From NCBI GenBank assembly GCA_012034865.1, contig JAAUOM010000019.1:25917-49916 (forward strand): a stretch of DNA of 24,000 bases. Direction: 5' to 3'. This document shows positions 7,148 through 15,797 of this stretch, one piece after another. Under the pieces are notes generated by a model. It searched no databases and had not been told where the DNA came from. It worked only from the letters and a program-made list of their open reading frames with translations. A program made the translations under genes and the position numbers. This stretch comes from Acaryochloris sp. CRU_2_0 (lineage in GTDB: Bacteria; Cyanobacteriota; Cyanobacteriia; Thermosynechococcales; Thermosynechococcaceae). Each line of letters begins with the position of its first letter. Within the stretch, counting starts at the first letter, position 1.

Positions 7148-10051
7148 ATGTCTTCTAAGGTTGTAGGTTGGTTTGTGAAAGCGCTGCTCCTGCTGGTGGG
7201 GGTAGGATTTGGCCTGGATGTGATCGCTTACATTACAGCCGAATTGACCTGGTTTGAAAATCTGGGCTATCTCTTTGTCTTTTGGACGCAAGCTGCCACC
7301 AGGGTTGGCCTCTGGCTGTTGGCATTAACCAGCACAGCAGCCTACTTAGGAGGGAATTTAGCCCTAGCCAGACGGTGGCGCTACCGCCAACCTGTTGATC
7401 CAGAGACAACTCAAACGGACAGCTTAAACTTCAGCCCATTGTTATTGATTCTAGTGGGTCTGAGTTTACTGATGGCGGGCTTACTCACCCATTTGGGCCA
7501 AGTGGTCATCCAGCTTTGGCATCCCCCCACGCAGATCGCCACCACCAGTTCTCAAATTCTCAAGCAGTTTACGTTTACCGCCACAACTCAGCTTGTCCAA
7601 CAGTGGCTACAAATGCCCTGGCAATTGCTCTTAATTGCTGGGTTTACGGTCTTCTTACTCTGGCATCCCTGGTTTATTTTAAGTGCGATCGCCCTGATTC
7701 TGAGCTTGGGTATGGCCTTAGTCGTCTCTAATCAGTGGACCACGGTTTTAACTTTTATCCATGCCACCCCCTTTGCTCGTCTCGATCCCCTGTTTGGCCA
7801 GGATATTGGCTTTTATGTGTTTGCCCTACCCTTTTGGCAACTGCTGCGCTTCTGGTTGATAGGCGTGACGCTCACGGGCTTGGTAAGTGTGGCCTTGATC
7901 TACTTACTGGCAGGAGATAGCTTCAGCCAGGGCCGCTTTCCGGGATTCTCCTTTCCACAAAAACGCCACTTGTATGGACTGGCTGGGGCGTTGGCCTTAA
8001 CGATTGCCTGGGGATTTTGGCTGGATCGCTATTCCCTGCTCTACTCTACCCAAGGGATTGTCTACGGGGCCGGATATACGGATGTCACCGTTAGTTTACC
8101 CACTAAAACCGTTCTCAGTTTGGGGACAACCCTACTGGCGATCATTTTTCTGTGGCGAGCTAGCCATAATCGTAGACCCAAATATCCCTTGTCCTTATCT
8201 GGGATCTTGAGCTTGTATGTGGGGGTTGTGATCGCAACCGGCCTGATCTTGCCTAGAGGGGTGCAAGCTTTGGTGGTTCAGCCTAATGAGCTGGCACGGG
8301 AGAAGCCTTATCTGGCCAAAAACATCCAACTAACCCGAGCAGCTTTTGATTTAGAGACCATTGAGACCAAAACCTTTCAACCTCAAGCCAATTTGACCGC
8401 AAAGCGACTACAAGCTAATGATTTAACCATTCGCAATATTCGCCTATGGGATACTCGTCCCCTGTTAGAAGCCAATCGTCAATTACAGCGGATTCGTCCC
8501 TACTATGAATTTCCCAGTGCAGATGTGGATCGCTATACCTTAAGAACCACTTCTCCAGCTTCTGGACAACAGGGACAAAAAGCGAACACTGAAAAAAGAC
8601 AAGTCCTGATGGCAGCACGGGAACTGGAGTATCGAAATGTACCGCCAGAAGCCCAGACCTGGATTAACCAACGCTTGATTTATACCCACGGGTATGGCTT
8701 CACCCTCAGCCCAGTCAACATCGCAGAACCCAGCGGTCTACCCACCTATTTCGTCAAAGATATTGGCACAGGCAATGATGAAGGCACGCTGCAAACCGCC
8801 ACTGCCGATATTGCCGCCAGTATTCCTATTCATAACCCTCGCATTTACTTTGGGGAACGCACCCATACCTATGTGATGACGGGGACGAAGGTACAGGAAT
8901 TAGACTATCCCAGTGGGGATGACAATCGCTATAACACCTACGATGGCAAGGATGGAGTTGCGATCGCATCCTGGTGGCGGCGGGGACTGTTCTCCTTGTA
9001 CCTGCGAGATTGGCAAATGCTGTTTACCCAAAACTTTACCCCCCAGACCAAAGTTCTCTTTCACCGACAGATCCAACAGAGGGTTCAAAAACTGGCTCCC
9101 TTTTTACGATTTGACAGTAACCCTTATCTGGTAACGGCTAACATTGGGACTAACAGCCTCAATCAAAATATACAAAAGACAACTCAAGGCACGCTGTTTT
9201 GGGTGATTGACGCTTATACGGTTAGCGATCGCTACCCCTATTCCGATCCAGGGAAAGAGAATTTTAATTACATTCGCAACTCCGTCAAAGTTGTGATTGA
9301 TGCCTACAACGGCTCAGTGACGTTCTACAGTGTTGATCTCAAGGACCCCATTCTGCGAACTTGGCAACGGATCTTCCCGCAACTGTTTCAGCCCCTTGCC
9401 GCCATGCCTCCTAGTTTGCAAAGTCATATGCGCTATCCGCCAGACTTGTTCTGGGTTCAGTCTCAAAGTTTGCTAACCTACCATATGACCGACCCGCAAG
9501 TCTTCTATAACCGTGAGGATCAGTGGGAAGTTTCCAAGGAAATTTATGATGCCAAAAGCCAACGGGTTAACCCCTATTACTTGATCATGAAGCTCCCGGA
9601 AGCCGAAGCAGAAGAGTTTATTTTGCTCTATCCCTTTACCCCTATCCGTCGCAATAACTTAATCGCCTGGTTGGCAGCCCGCTCCGATGGTGAAAACTAC
9701 GGCAAGCGTTTGCTCTATCAATTTCCCAAACGCGAACTCATTTTTGGCCCGGAGCAAATTGAAGCTTTGATCAACCAAGATCCGGTGATTTCTCAACAAA
9801 TTTCGCTGTGGAATCGGCAAGGGTCACAGGCGATTCAAGGCAATCTTTTAATCATCCCCATTGAGAACGCCTTACTGTACGTTGAACCCCTTTATTTAGA
9901 AGCAGAGACTAACAGTGTGCCGATCCTCGCCAGGGTTATTGTCATCTATGAGAACAAAATTGTGATGGCAAAAACCCTAGAACAGGCACTAGCAGGAATT
10001 TTTCAACCTGAAGGCCAAAAGTCAGAAGCAATCGTCCGACCCGTAGATTGA
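7148..10051 (+). CDS. UPF0182 family large integral membrane protein
   Basis: ~970 aa. The N-terminal third is multi-TM, followed by the conserved block NIRLWDTRPLLEANRQLQRIRPYYEFPSADVDRY and C-terminal LLIIPIENALLYVEPLYL. The track start is a TTG at 7139; an ATG at 7148 is in frame. Confidence 0.8.
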   Translation: MSSKVVGWFVKALLLLVGVGFGLDVIAYITAELTWFENLGYLFVFWTQAATRVGLWLLALTSTAAYLGGNLALARRWRYRQPVDPETTQTDSLNFSPLLLILVGLSLLMAGLLTHLGQVVIQLWHPPTQIATTSSQILKQFTFTATTQLVQQWLQMPWQLLLIAGFTVFLLWHPWFILSAIALILSLGMALVVSNQWTTVLTFIHATPFARLDPLFGQDIGFYVFALPFWQLLRFWLIGVTLTGLVSVALIYLLAGDSFSQGRFPGFSFPQKRHLYGLAGALALTIAWGFWLDRYSLLYSTQGIVYGAGYTDVTVSLPTKTVLSLGTTLLAIIFLWRASHNRRPKYPLSLSGILSLYVGVVIATGLILPRGVQALVVQPNELAREKPYLAKNIQLTRAAFDLETIETKTFQPQANLTAKRLQANDLTIRNIRLWDTRPLLEANRQLQRIRPYYEFPSADVDRYTLRTTSPASGQQGQKANTEKRQVLMAARELEYRNVPPEAQTWINQRLIYTHGYGFTLSPVNIAEPSGLPTYFVKDIGTGNDEGTLQTATADIAASIPIHNPRIYFGERTHTYVMTGTKVQELDYPSGDDNRYNTYDGKDGVAIASWWRRGLFSLYLRDWQMLFTQNFTPQTKVLFHRQIQQRVQKLAPFLRFDSNPYLVTANIGTNSLNQNIQKTTQGTLFWVIDAYTVSDRYPYSDPGKENFNYIRNSVKVVIDAYNGSVTFYSVDLKDPILRTWQRIFPQLFQPLAAMPPSLQSHMRYPPDLFWVQSQSLLTYHMTDPQVFYNREDQWEVSKEIYDAKSQRVNPYYLIMKLPEAEAEEFILLYPFTPIRRNNLIAWLAARSDGENYGKRLLYQFPKRELIFGPEQIEALINQDPVISQQISLWNRQGSQAIQGNLLIIPIENALLYVEPLYLEAETNSVPILARVIVIYENKIVMAKTLEQALAGIFQPEGQKSEAIVRPVD

Positions 10052-10108
10052 GAGAAGGGAACGCAGCCCTCTTCCTGATGCAGTTACTTAAGGTGAACTC
10101 AGTGAGCC

Positions 10109-10130
10109 TGCCCGAATTCAAGTCTGCGAT
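10109..10130. terminator. Perfect 22-bp palindrome centred on a HIP1 site (possible terminator after the UPF0182 gene)
   Basis: CAAGTCTGCGATCGCAGACTTG equals its own reverse complement. It lies 58 nt after the stop at 10051. No clear U-tract follows. Confidence 0.35.
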
Positions 10131-10178
10131 CGCAGACTTGGCTTGTCACATTGTTGCTTGGCAGGTTTTCTGTGGGTA

Positions 10179-10322
10179 GTTAGCGAACTTCGCATTCATT
10201 ATAGTTCCGGTTACAGGGTGTACCTTGTGCAACGCAGTCAAGTCGTTGTCATACTTCTATGCGGTGGTGATAAAAGCTCCCAAGATTATGATATCAAAAA
10301 GGCCAAAGAGCTTGCTAATCAA
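10179..10322 (+). pseudogene. RelE/ParE-superfamily (HigB-like addiction module killer) toxin, 5'-truncated remnant
   Basis: Residues ~13-60 of ORF 10143-10496 read VSELRIHYSSGYRVYLVQRSQVVVILLCGGDKSSQDYDIKKAKELA, matching the C-terminal half of this toxin family. The N-terminal half is absent. The normal stop is lost and the ORF reads antisense into ftsH. No antitoxin gene follows. Confidence 0.7.
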
Positions 10323-10349
10323 GCGTTTTATGCTGTCGTGATAGAGCCG

Positions 10350-12236
10350 TTAAATTGCCACAAGCTCATTAACAGCCTCAGAGAGATGGACCTTGGCGAG
10401 CAACTCTCTCAAGTGATCCCCCTCAATCACCTCCGAGTCCAAGAGTTGCTCAGCAATCACCTCCAACAGCGGCTTATTCTCTTTGAGGATACTTAACGCC
10501 TGCTGATGAGCCGTCTCCACAATATCCTTGACCTCCTTATCAATCGCCTTGGCCGTCTCATTACTCACTATCCGCCGTGCATTCATCCCTCCTCCGAGGA
10601 AATTGTTCTGCTGACCCTTGTCATAAGCCAACGGTCCTAACACCTCACTCATGCCATAGGAGGTCACCATCTGCTCCGCCAAATCCGTAGCCCGCTGCAA
10701 ATCATTCGATGCTCCCGTCGTGATACTGCCAAAGATCACCTCCTCCGCCGCTCGTCCACCAAGCAAGGTGGCAATCTGACCCCGGAGTTCTGCCTCATTC
10801 AATAAAAACCGATCTTCGGTGGGCACTTGCAAGGTATATCCCAATGCTGCCATGCCCCTAGGAACAATCGAGATCTTTTCCACTTGCTCAGTGCCTGTCA
10901 TCTTGGCTCCGACTAGGGCATGACCGACTTCGTGATAAGCCACAATCTTCTTCTCTTTGTCATTGAGAACCCGACTCTTTTTCTCTAACCCGGCAACCAC
11001 CCGTTCAATCGCTTCGGCAAGGTCTTCAGTCTCCACAACCTTGCTACCACGACGGGCGGCTAAGAGGGCAGCTTCATTCACCAAGTTGGCTAAATCGGCT
11101 CCGGCAAATCCTGGAGTTCTGGTGGCCATGGCCTTGAGGTCTACATTCTCACCTAGTTTGACTTTCTTAGCATAGATTTCTAAGATGGCTAGCCGTCCAC
11201 TCAGGTCGGGACGATCCACCAGGACTTGGCGGTCAAAACGCCCTGGACGCAAGAGGGCGGGGTCTAGGATCTCAGGACGGTTGGTCGCAGCGAGGACAAT
11301 CACCGTGGCATCCCCAGCACTAAAGCCATCCATTTCGGTGAGCAGTTGGTTGAGGGTTTGTTCGCGTTCATCGTTGCCCCCGACGAAGCCGTTGCCGCCT
11401 GCTCTGGATTTGCCGATGGCATCGAGTTCGTCAATAAAGATGATGCAGGGGGCTTTCTTTTTGGCTTGCTCAAATAGGTCTCGTACTCGAGCTGCACCTG
11501 TGCCGACAAATAGTTCTACAAATTCAGAGCCGGAAATGCTGAAAAAGGACACGCCTGCTTCGCCAGCGACGGCTTTGGCCATTAGGGTTTTACCTGTCCC
11601 AGGTGGGCCAACGAGTAAGACGCCTTTGGGGATTTTGGCCCCAATATCGGTGAAGCGTTTGGGGGATTGCAGAAATTCGACGATTTCTTGAAGTTCGGCT
11701 TTGGATTCTTCAACCCCAGCAACGTCGTCGAAGGTGATTTTCTCGTCTTGGCCTTCGACGTAGACTTTGGCTTTGTTTTTGGTGACGGAGAGGGCTCCTT
11801 GGGGACCGCCACCACCGATGCCGCCGCGACTAAAAAATTGGAAGATGGCGACGAAAATTAGAGGGGGGATCACCCAGCTCAAAAGGGTGGTGAACCAACT
11901 GTTTTGTGGGGGGGGAGTGGCGGCGAATTCGACGCCTTTGGTTTCTAAAAGTTTGGGGAGTTCTAGGTCGAAAATAGGGGTGGTCTCTTGTACCTGACCC
12001 TGTTCACTTTCAGAGTCTTTGAGCTGGTAGCGAATCAAATTTTGCCCCACAGAGACGCGTGCCACTTGCTCATCTTGAACTTGCTTAATAAAAAAACTGT
12101 AGGGAACTTTGGCGACACGCGGGCCATTGCCAAACGTAAACACCAAGTTGAGGATTAAGAGTCCGACCGGTAGTAACAGAAAAATTATACTGAGTGGATT
12201 AGGGCGCGGACGTCGAGGTTTGTCATTGATGGGCAT
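10350..12236 (-). CDS. ftsH: ATP-dependent zinc metalloprotease FtsH
   Basis: 628 aa with an N-terminal TM pair. Walker A GPPGTGKT, Walker B IIFIDELD and zinc site HEVGHAL are present. Confidence 0.95.
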   Translation of the reverse strand: MPINDKPRRPRPNPLSIIFLLLPVGLLILNLVFTFGNGPRVAKVPYSFFIKQVQDEQVARVSVGQNLIRYQLKDSESEQGQVQETTPIFDLELPKLLETKGVEFAATPPPQNSWFTTLLSWVIPPLIFVAIFQFFSRGGIGGGGPQGALSVTKNKAKVYVEGQDEKITFDDVAGVEESKAELQEIVEFLQSPKRFTDIGAKIPKGVLLVGPPGTGKTLMAKAVAGEAGVSFFSISGSEFVELFVGTGAARVRDLFEQAKKKAPCIIFIDELDAIGKSRAGGNGFVGGNDEREQTLNQLLTEMDGFSAGDATVIVLAATNRPEILDPALLRPGRFDRQVLVDRPDLSGRLAILEIYAKKVKLGENVDLKAMATRTPGFAGADLANLVNEAALLAARRGSKVVETEDLAEAIERVVAGLEKKSRVLNDKEKKIVAYHEVGHALVGAKMTGTEQVEKISIVPRGMAALGYTLQVPTEDRFLLNEAELRGQIATLLGGRAAEEVIFGSITTGASNDLQRATDLAEQMVTSYGMSEVLGPLAYDKGQQNNFLGGGMNARRIVSNETAKAIDKEVKDIVETAHQQALSILKENKPLLEVIAEQLLDSEVIEGDHLRELLAKVHLSEAVNELVAI

Positions 12237-12276
12237 GGAAAGTTCCTTTTCTACTTAAAAAGACTGTTGTTAGTGA

Positions 12277-12331
12277 TCAACGTTGGGTGAATCCTGTTCT
12301 TCCAGCTCAGAAACAGTCACCCAAACGTTGA
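12277..12331. other. Long inverted repeat between pgr5 and ftsH (terminator or ftsH 5'-UTR structure)
   Basis: TCAACGTTGGGTGA pairs with TCACCCAAACGTTGA: 14-15 bp arms with one bulge and a ~26-nt loop. Confidence 0.35.
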
Positions 12332-12349
12332 GACTGGCATAGTGCATAG

Positions 12350-12547
12350 TTACGCTAAAAGGCCAAGACGTTTGCCATTATCGCGGGCAAGGCGAATCCA
12401 ACCCTGACGGCGATCGCGATCAATCCCCACTTGATTACAAAAACGGGTAATCGCTTGAGAATGCAGGGCAATGGTTTTCCCTCTGAGTTTCGTGAATTTG
12501 GGTTGGCCAACAACCTTGCGAGCGAGGACGACGAGGGGGGCAAACAT
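12350..12547 (-). CDS. pgr5: PGR5 (proton gradient regulation 5) homologue, cyclic electron flow
   Basis: The 65-aa MFAPLVVLARKVVGQPKFTKLRGKTIALHSQAITRFCNQVGIDRDRRQGWIRLARDNGKRLGLLA aligns end to end with plant PGR5 and Synechocystis ssr2016, as I recall those sequences. Confidence 0.85.
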   Translation of the reverse strand: MFAPLVVLARKVVGQPKFTKLRGKTIALHSQAITRFCNQVGIDRDRRQGWIRLARDNGKRLGLLA

Positions 12548-12559
12548 GATTGACTCCTT

Positions 12560-12608
12560 TATGTAACGTTATGTTAACTATATTAATCAATATGTAACAT
12601 AATGTCAA
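12560..12608 (-). promoter_or_regulatory. pgr5 promoter with HLR1-type (RpaB-box) direct repeats
   Basis: Minus strand reads TTGACA-N17-TAATAT (-35 at 12603-12608, -10 at 12580-12585). GTTACATA lies inside the spacer. TTAACATA-AC-GTTACATA (12560-12577) lies at or after the predicted start site, 13 nt before the ATG. Confidence 0.55.
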
Positions 12609-12664
12609 CAAAATTTGCAAAAATAGAAAAGAAATGATACCCAAATTTTTTCTGCGAAACTAAA

Positions 12665-12698
12665 GAAGCTACTCTTTTCTTCAAGAAAGAGTAGCTTC
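12665..12698 (-). terminator. Rho-independent terminator after the sigma factor gene
   Basis: Perfect 13-bp stem GAAGCTACTCTTT / AAAGAGTAGCTTC with an 8-nt loop, followed on the minus strand by TTTAGTTT. It lies 33 nt downstream of the stop at 12731. Confidence 0.6.
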
Positions 12699-12730
12699 GG
12701 CTAAAGATGAAGGTGGAGAATACTTGCAGA

Positions 12731-13687
12731 CTAGCAAGCCATATATTCTTGCAGCACCATTTTTTGCGATCGCAAAATCTTAAACGCCTCTCTTTCCACC
12801 CGACGCACCCACTCTCGACTGACATTCAGGCGCTCTCCCACCTTTGCCAAGGTCAGAGGATTTTGGTCTATGAGACCGTAGCGCAATGTAATCACTTCTC
12901 GCTGTTGAGGATTGAGATCCTTCAACAACTGATCTAAATCCGAACGCAAGGAAGCAGCAGTCGCATACTCCTCCGGTGAGGAATTGGCATCTTCTAGTAA
13001 TTCCCACAATTCGGTATTCTGCTGATCGCCAATTTGTATGTCTAGGGAAATTGAGGAACGGGTATAATCCAGATAGCCTTCAACTTTTTTTGGGGTCAGA
13101 TCCATCGCTAGGGCTAGCTCTTCCACAGTGGGGTTGCGGTGGAGCTTCTCAGAGAGTTCACGTTTGATTTTGCGTAGCTTACTTAATTTCTCATTGATGT
13201 GGATGGGCAAGCGAATCATCCGTTCCTGTTCAGCAATGGCGCGGGTCATGGCTTGGCGAATCCACCAGTAAGCATAGGTAGAAAATCGATATCCCCTCAT
13301 GGGGTCAAATTTTTCTACACCCCGTTGCAAACCAATCGTACCTTCTTGGATCAGATCGAGAAACTCAACTTTAGCTTTGCTATATTTCTTGGCGATGGAG
13401 ACGACTAGGCGCAAGTTAGACTCAACCATCTTGCGATTGGCTTGCTGGCCCAGCTTGATCTCCTTCTGGAGCTGAGTAACCGAGATCTGAGCCTTATCAG
13501 CCCATTCTGCTAAGGTGGGTTCTCGGCCTAGCATCTCTAGCAAGTCTTGTTTCAATGCCTGCAAGGTGACTAAGCATTGAACCTGTTTGCCATAAATGAT
13601 TTCTTGCTCGTGATTCAATAACGGGAAGCGACTCATCTCCCGTAAGTAAGTGGTTATCGAATCTGGGTTAATCGTCGCAGTTTTCAT
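12731..13687 (-). CDS. Group 2 sigma-70 family RNA polymerase sigma factor (SigD/RpoD3-like size)
   Basis: 318 aa. Region 2 reads LIQEGTIGLQRGVEKFDPMRGYRFSTYAYWWIRQAMTRAI. Region 4.2 reads LTLAKVGERLNVSREWVRRVE. Confidence 0.9.
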   Translation of the reverse strand: MKTATINPDSITTYLREMSRFPLLNHEQEIIYGKQVQCLVTLQALKQDLLEMLGREPTLAEWADKAQISVTQLQKEIKLGQQANRKMVESNLRLVVSIAKKYSKAKVEFLDLIQEGTIGLQRGVEKFDPMRGYRFSTYAYWWIRQAMTRAIAEQERMIRLPIHINEKLSKLRKIKRELSEKLHRNPTVEELALAMDLTPKKVEGYLDYTRSSISLDIQIGDQQNTELWELLEDANSSPEEYATAASLRSDLDQLLKDLNPQQREVITLRYGLIDQNPLTLAKVGERLNVSREWVRRVEREAFKILRSQKMVLQEYMAC

Positions 13688-13817
13688 AATGGTATCTAGG
13701 GGTTAAACACGGCTTAATGGGAAAATACAGCTCCCCAGCCTTGAGCTGGGAAAAACTGCCATTAAAAACGAAATAGAGGAGGTGAGGTTGCTGTGAAAAC
13801 TCAGCAAAAACGAACCC

Positions 13818-13970
13818 TTAAAAGGGCAGTAAAGCGGCAACCTGCCCAACAATACCTTGGCCTGTCAGAACTTCAGTAACAAGAGCCAAGAAAAATCCCA
13901 CCATTGCTAAGCGACCGCCAAAGGTCTCGGCAAAATCAGTGAAACCCCAGACTGGGTTTTGAGTACTCAT
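13818..13970 (-). CDS. hli: High-light-inducible protein (HLIP/Scp, one-helix CAB family)
   Basis: The internal Met of track ORF 13818-14159 gives the 50-aa MSTQNPVWGFTDFAETFGGRLAMVGFFLALVTEVLTGQGIVGQVAALLPF. This is HliC-like, with a single TM helix carrying the E..(N)GR chlorophyll-binding motif. Here the N is replaced by G. Confidence 0.85.
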   Translation of the reverse strand: MSTQNPVWGFTDFAETFGGRLAMVGFFLALVTEVLTGQGIVGQVAALLPF

Positions 13971-13998
13971 TGGTATTGACTCCGTATCATTCTTGGTT

Positions 13999-14038
13999 AA
14001 TGTAAATAAATGTAACCAAAAATGTAACGTTTTGTCAA
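13999..14038 (-). promoter_or_regulatory. hli promoter with three HLR1-type repeats
   Basis: Minus strand reads TTGACA (14033-14038) -AAAC- GTTACATT (14021-14028) -TTTG- GTTACATT (14009-14016) -TA- TTTACATT (13999-14006). The last pair fits the HLR1 consensus (G/T)TTACA(T/A)(T/A)-N2-repeat exactly. It ends ~29 nt before the ATG. Confidence 0.6.
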
Positions 14039-14205
14039 GAAAATGATAACAATCCCCTGAACTGCAACAGCAGCATCTCATACCCAAGTGCAAACTGAGC
14101 AACGAGAAGCATAGGGACGACAGCGAGGGGAAAAGCTGGAGACCTATAGCGGTTTCCAATCGACTTCAGTGCAATTTAATCTCCGAAACCCTTGCTCATT
14201 GAAAA

Positions 14206-14376
14206 TCATCTGTATTTCACCCGATGGAGAACGGCTATATTTGCGATCGCTCCGTGTTTGCCCATCCCTAAACTCATCTCAATCAAATCTCCATTCACCA
14301 GCTCAAATCGAGTACCTAAAACACCTTCATAGGTCAGATACTCCTCAAAGGTGAATTTTCGGGTTGCAATCGTCAT
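14206..14376 (-). pseudogene. Uma2 (DUF820) family endonuclease, N-terminal fragment
   Basis: Manual translation gives [45 protein letters not shown], then divergence and a stop after 56 codons. Full-length family members are about three times longer. Confidence 0.55.
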
Positions 14377-14612
14377 TGCCAAACTCCCAAAGCAAAGGGG
14401 TGTTCTTCTCCAAGTCTAGCCATTCCGTTTGTTCTCATCTTCGGCAAGCTGATAGTTCATCACCCAATCCAATACATTTTCTTACAGGCAGTGGTTTGAG
14501 CGACTGCACCCCATAAAATTGGGGAGGAGCAGACCTTGCGGACGGGCTCAGAATTGGATCGAGTCTGGAATCTGGAGGATTGCAGAGTATTTCCCCACTA
14601 GAGGAGGTGCGT

Positions 14613-15721
14613 ATGACTTTACATTGGCACAATGGGTTCCACAATAACGATGGGCAACGCCTGATCGTCTTTTTGTTTGTGTTGGCGGCAACATTACTTA
14701 TGTTCTTGAGTGGATCTGGGGTGGCGATGGCCGAAGGCCGGTCGGAGACCATCGCAGCAACCAATTCTCCCAATCTGGCGCTATTTGAGCCAGCCCTCCC
14801 CGATAGTTTGTATGCCAACAATCAGCCCACTGTCCCAGAATTAGTTAGCCTAGGGCGCACCCTCTATTTCGATCAACGCCTTAGCAAAAACCAAGACCTC
14901 TCCTGTAATAGTTGTCATCGGTTGGATCACTATGGGGTAGATAATCAACCCTTTTCTCCAGGCCATAAAGGACAACTTGGAGGCCGCAATTCCCCCAGTG
15001 TCTACAATGCAGCCGCTCATGTAGCTCAATTTTGGGATGGTCGAGCCGCAGATGTCGAGGCTCAAGCCCAAGGTCCAATTTTGAATCCGGTGGAAATGGC
15101 GATGCCCTCCGCAGATCAGGTCTTGCAGGTGCTCAATTCCATGCCGGAATATGTCGAAGCCTTTGCCCAAGCCTTTCCCCAAGACCCACAGTCTGTGACC
15201 TATGATCACTTGGGTGAAGCCATTGGGGCCTTTGAACGGGGATTAGTCACCCCAGCCCCCTTTGATGCCTATTTTGCCGGGGATAATACGGCTCTCAGTC
15301 CTCAACAAAAACGGGGCTTAACCACCTTTGTGGATGCAGGCTGTGCCCAATGCCACAATGGCACGTACTTTGGGGGCAATACCTATCAAAAAGCAGGACG
15401 GGTCAATCCCTGGCCCAATCAAGACGATCTAGGACGTTACAAAGTTACCAGTCAAGAGGGCGATCGCTGGTGTTCAAAGTACCTTGTCTACGGAATGTTG
15501 CCGAGACGGGTCCCTATTTCCATGACGGCTCGGTCAACAGTCTAAAGGCAGCGGTTCTGCAAATGGCCCAAACCCAACTTGGCAAGGATCTCTCTGATAC
15601 CGAAGCCGATGATATTGTGGCGTTCTTAGGATCGCTGACGGGGACTCCTCCAGCGGACTATATCCAGCCCCCGGTGTTACCCGTGAGTACGGAAAGCACC
15701 CCCCTCGCTGACCCCACTTAA
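14613..15721 (+). pseudogene. Di-haem cytochrome c peroxidase (CCP/MauG family), frame-disrupted as sequenced
   Basis: SD GAGGAGG precedes the ATG at 14613. A signal/TM segment and haem motifs CNSCH and CAQCH are present. The conserved C-terminus FKVPCLRNVAETGPYFHDGS...IVAFLGSLTG lies in the overlapping ORF 15350-15721. The frame switch is at ~15465-15468, directly after a HIP1 site. Confidence 0.85.
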
Positions 15722-15797
15722 GATGAACCATGCAATTCTTGCAGACGGGTACGCTACCATCAGATCCAACATCTGATGTGAACTAAAGATTAACGGT

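Noticed and set aside
10957-11997. Plus-strand ORFs (72-168 aa) antisense to ftsH
   Set aside because: They give Ser/Arg/Pro-rich low-complexity translations typical of the antisense frame of a GC-balanced gene. The ftsH frame is unambiguous.
14169-14354. 61-aa plus-strand ORF
   Set aside because: It lies antisense to the Uma2-family remnant, whose N-terminal motif is recognisable. It is likely a shadow ORF.
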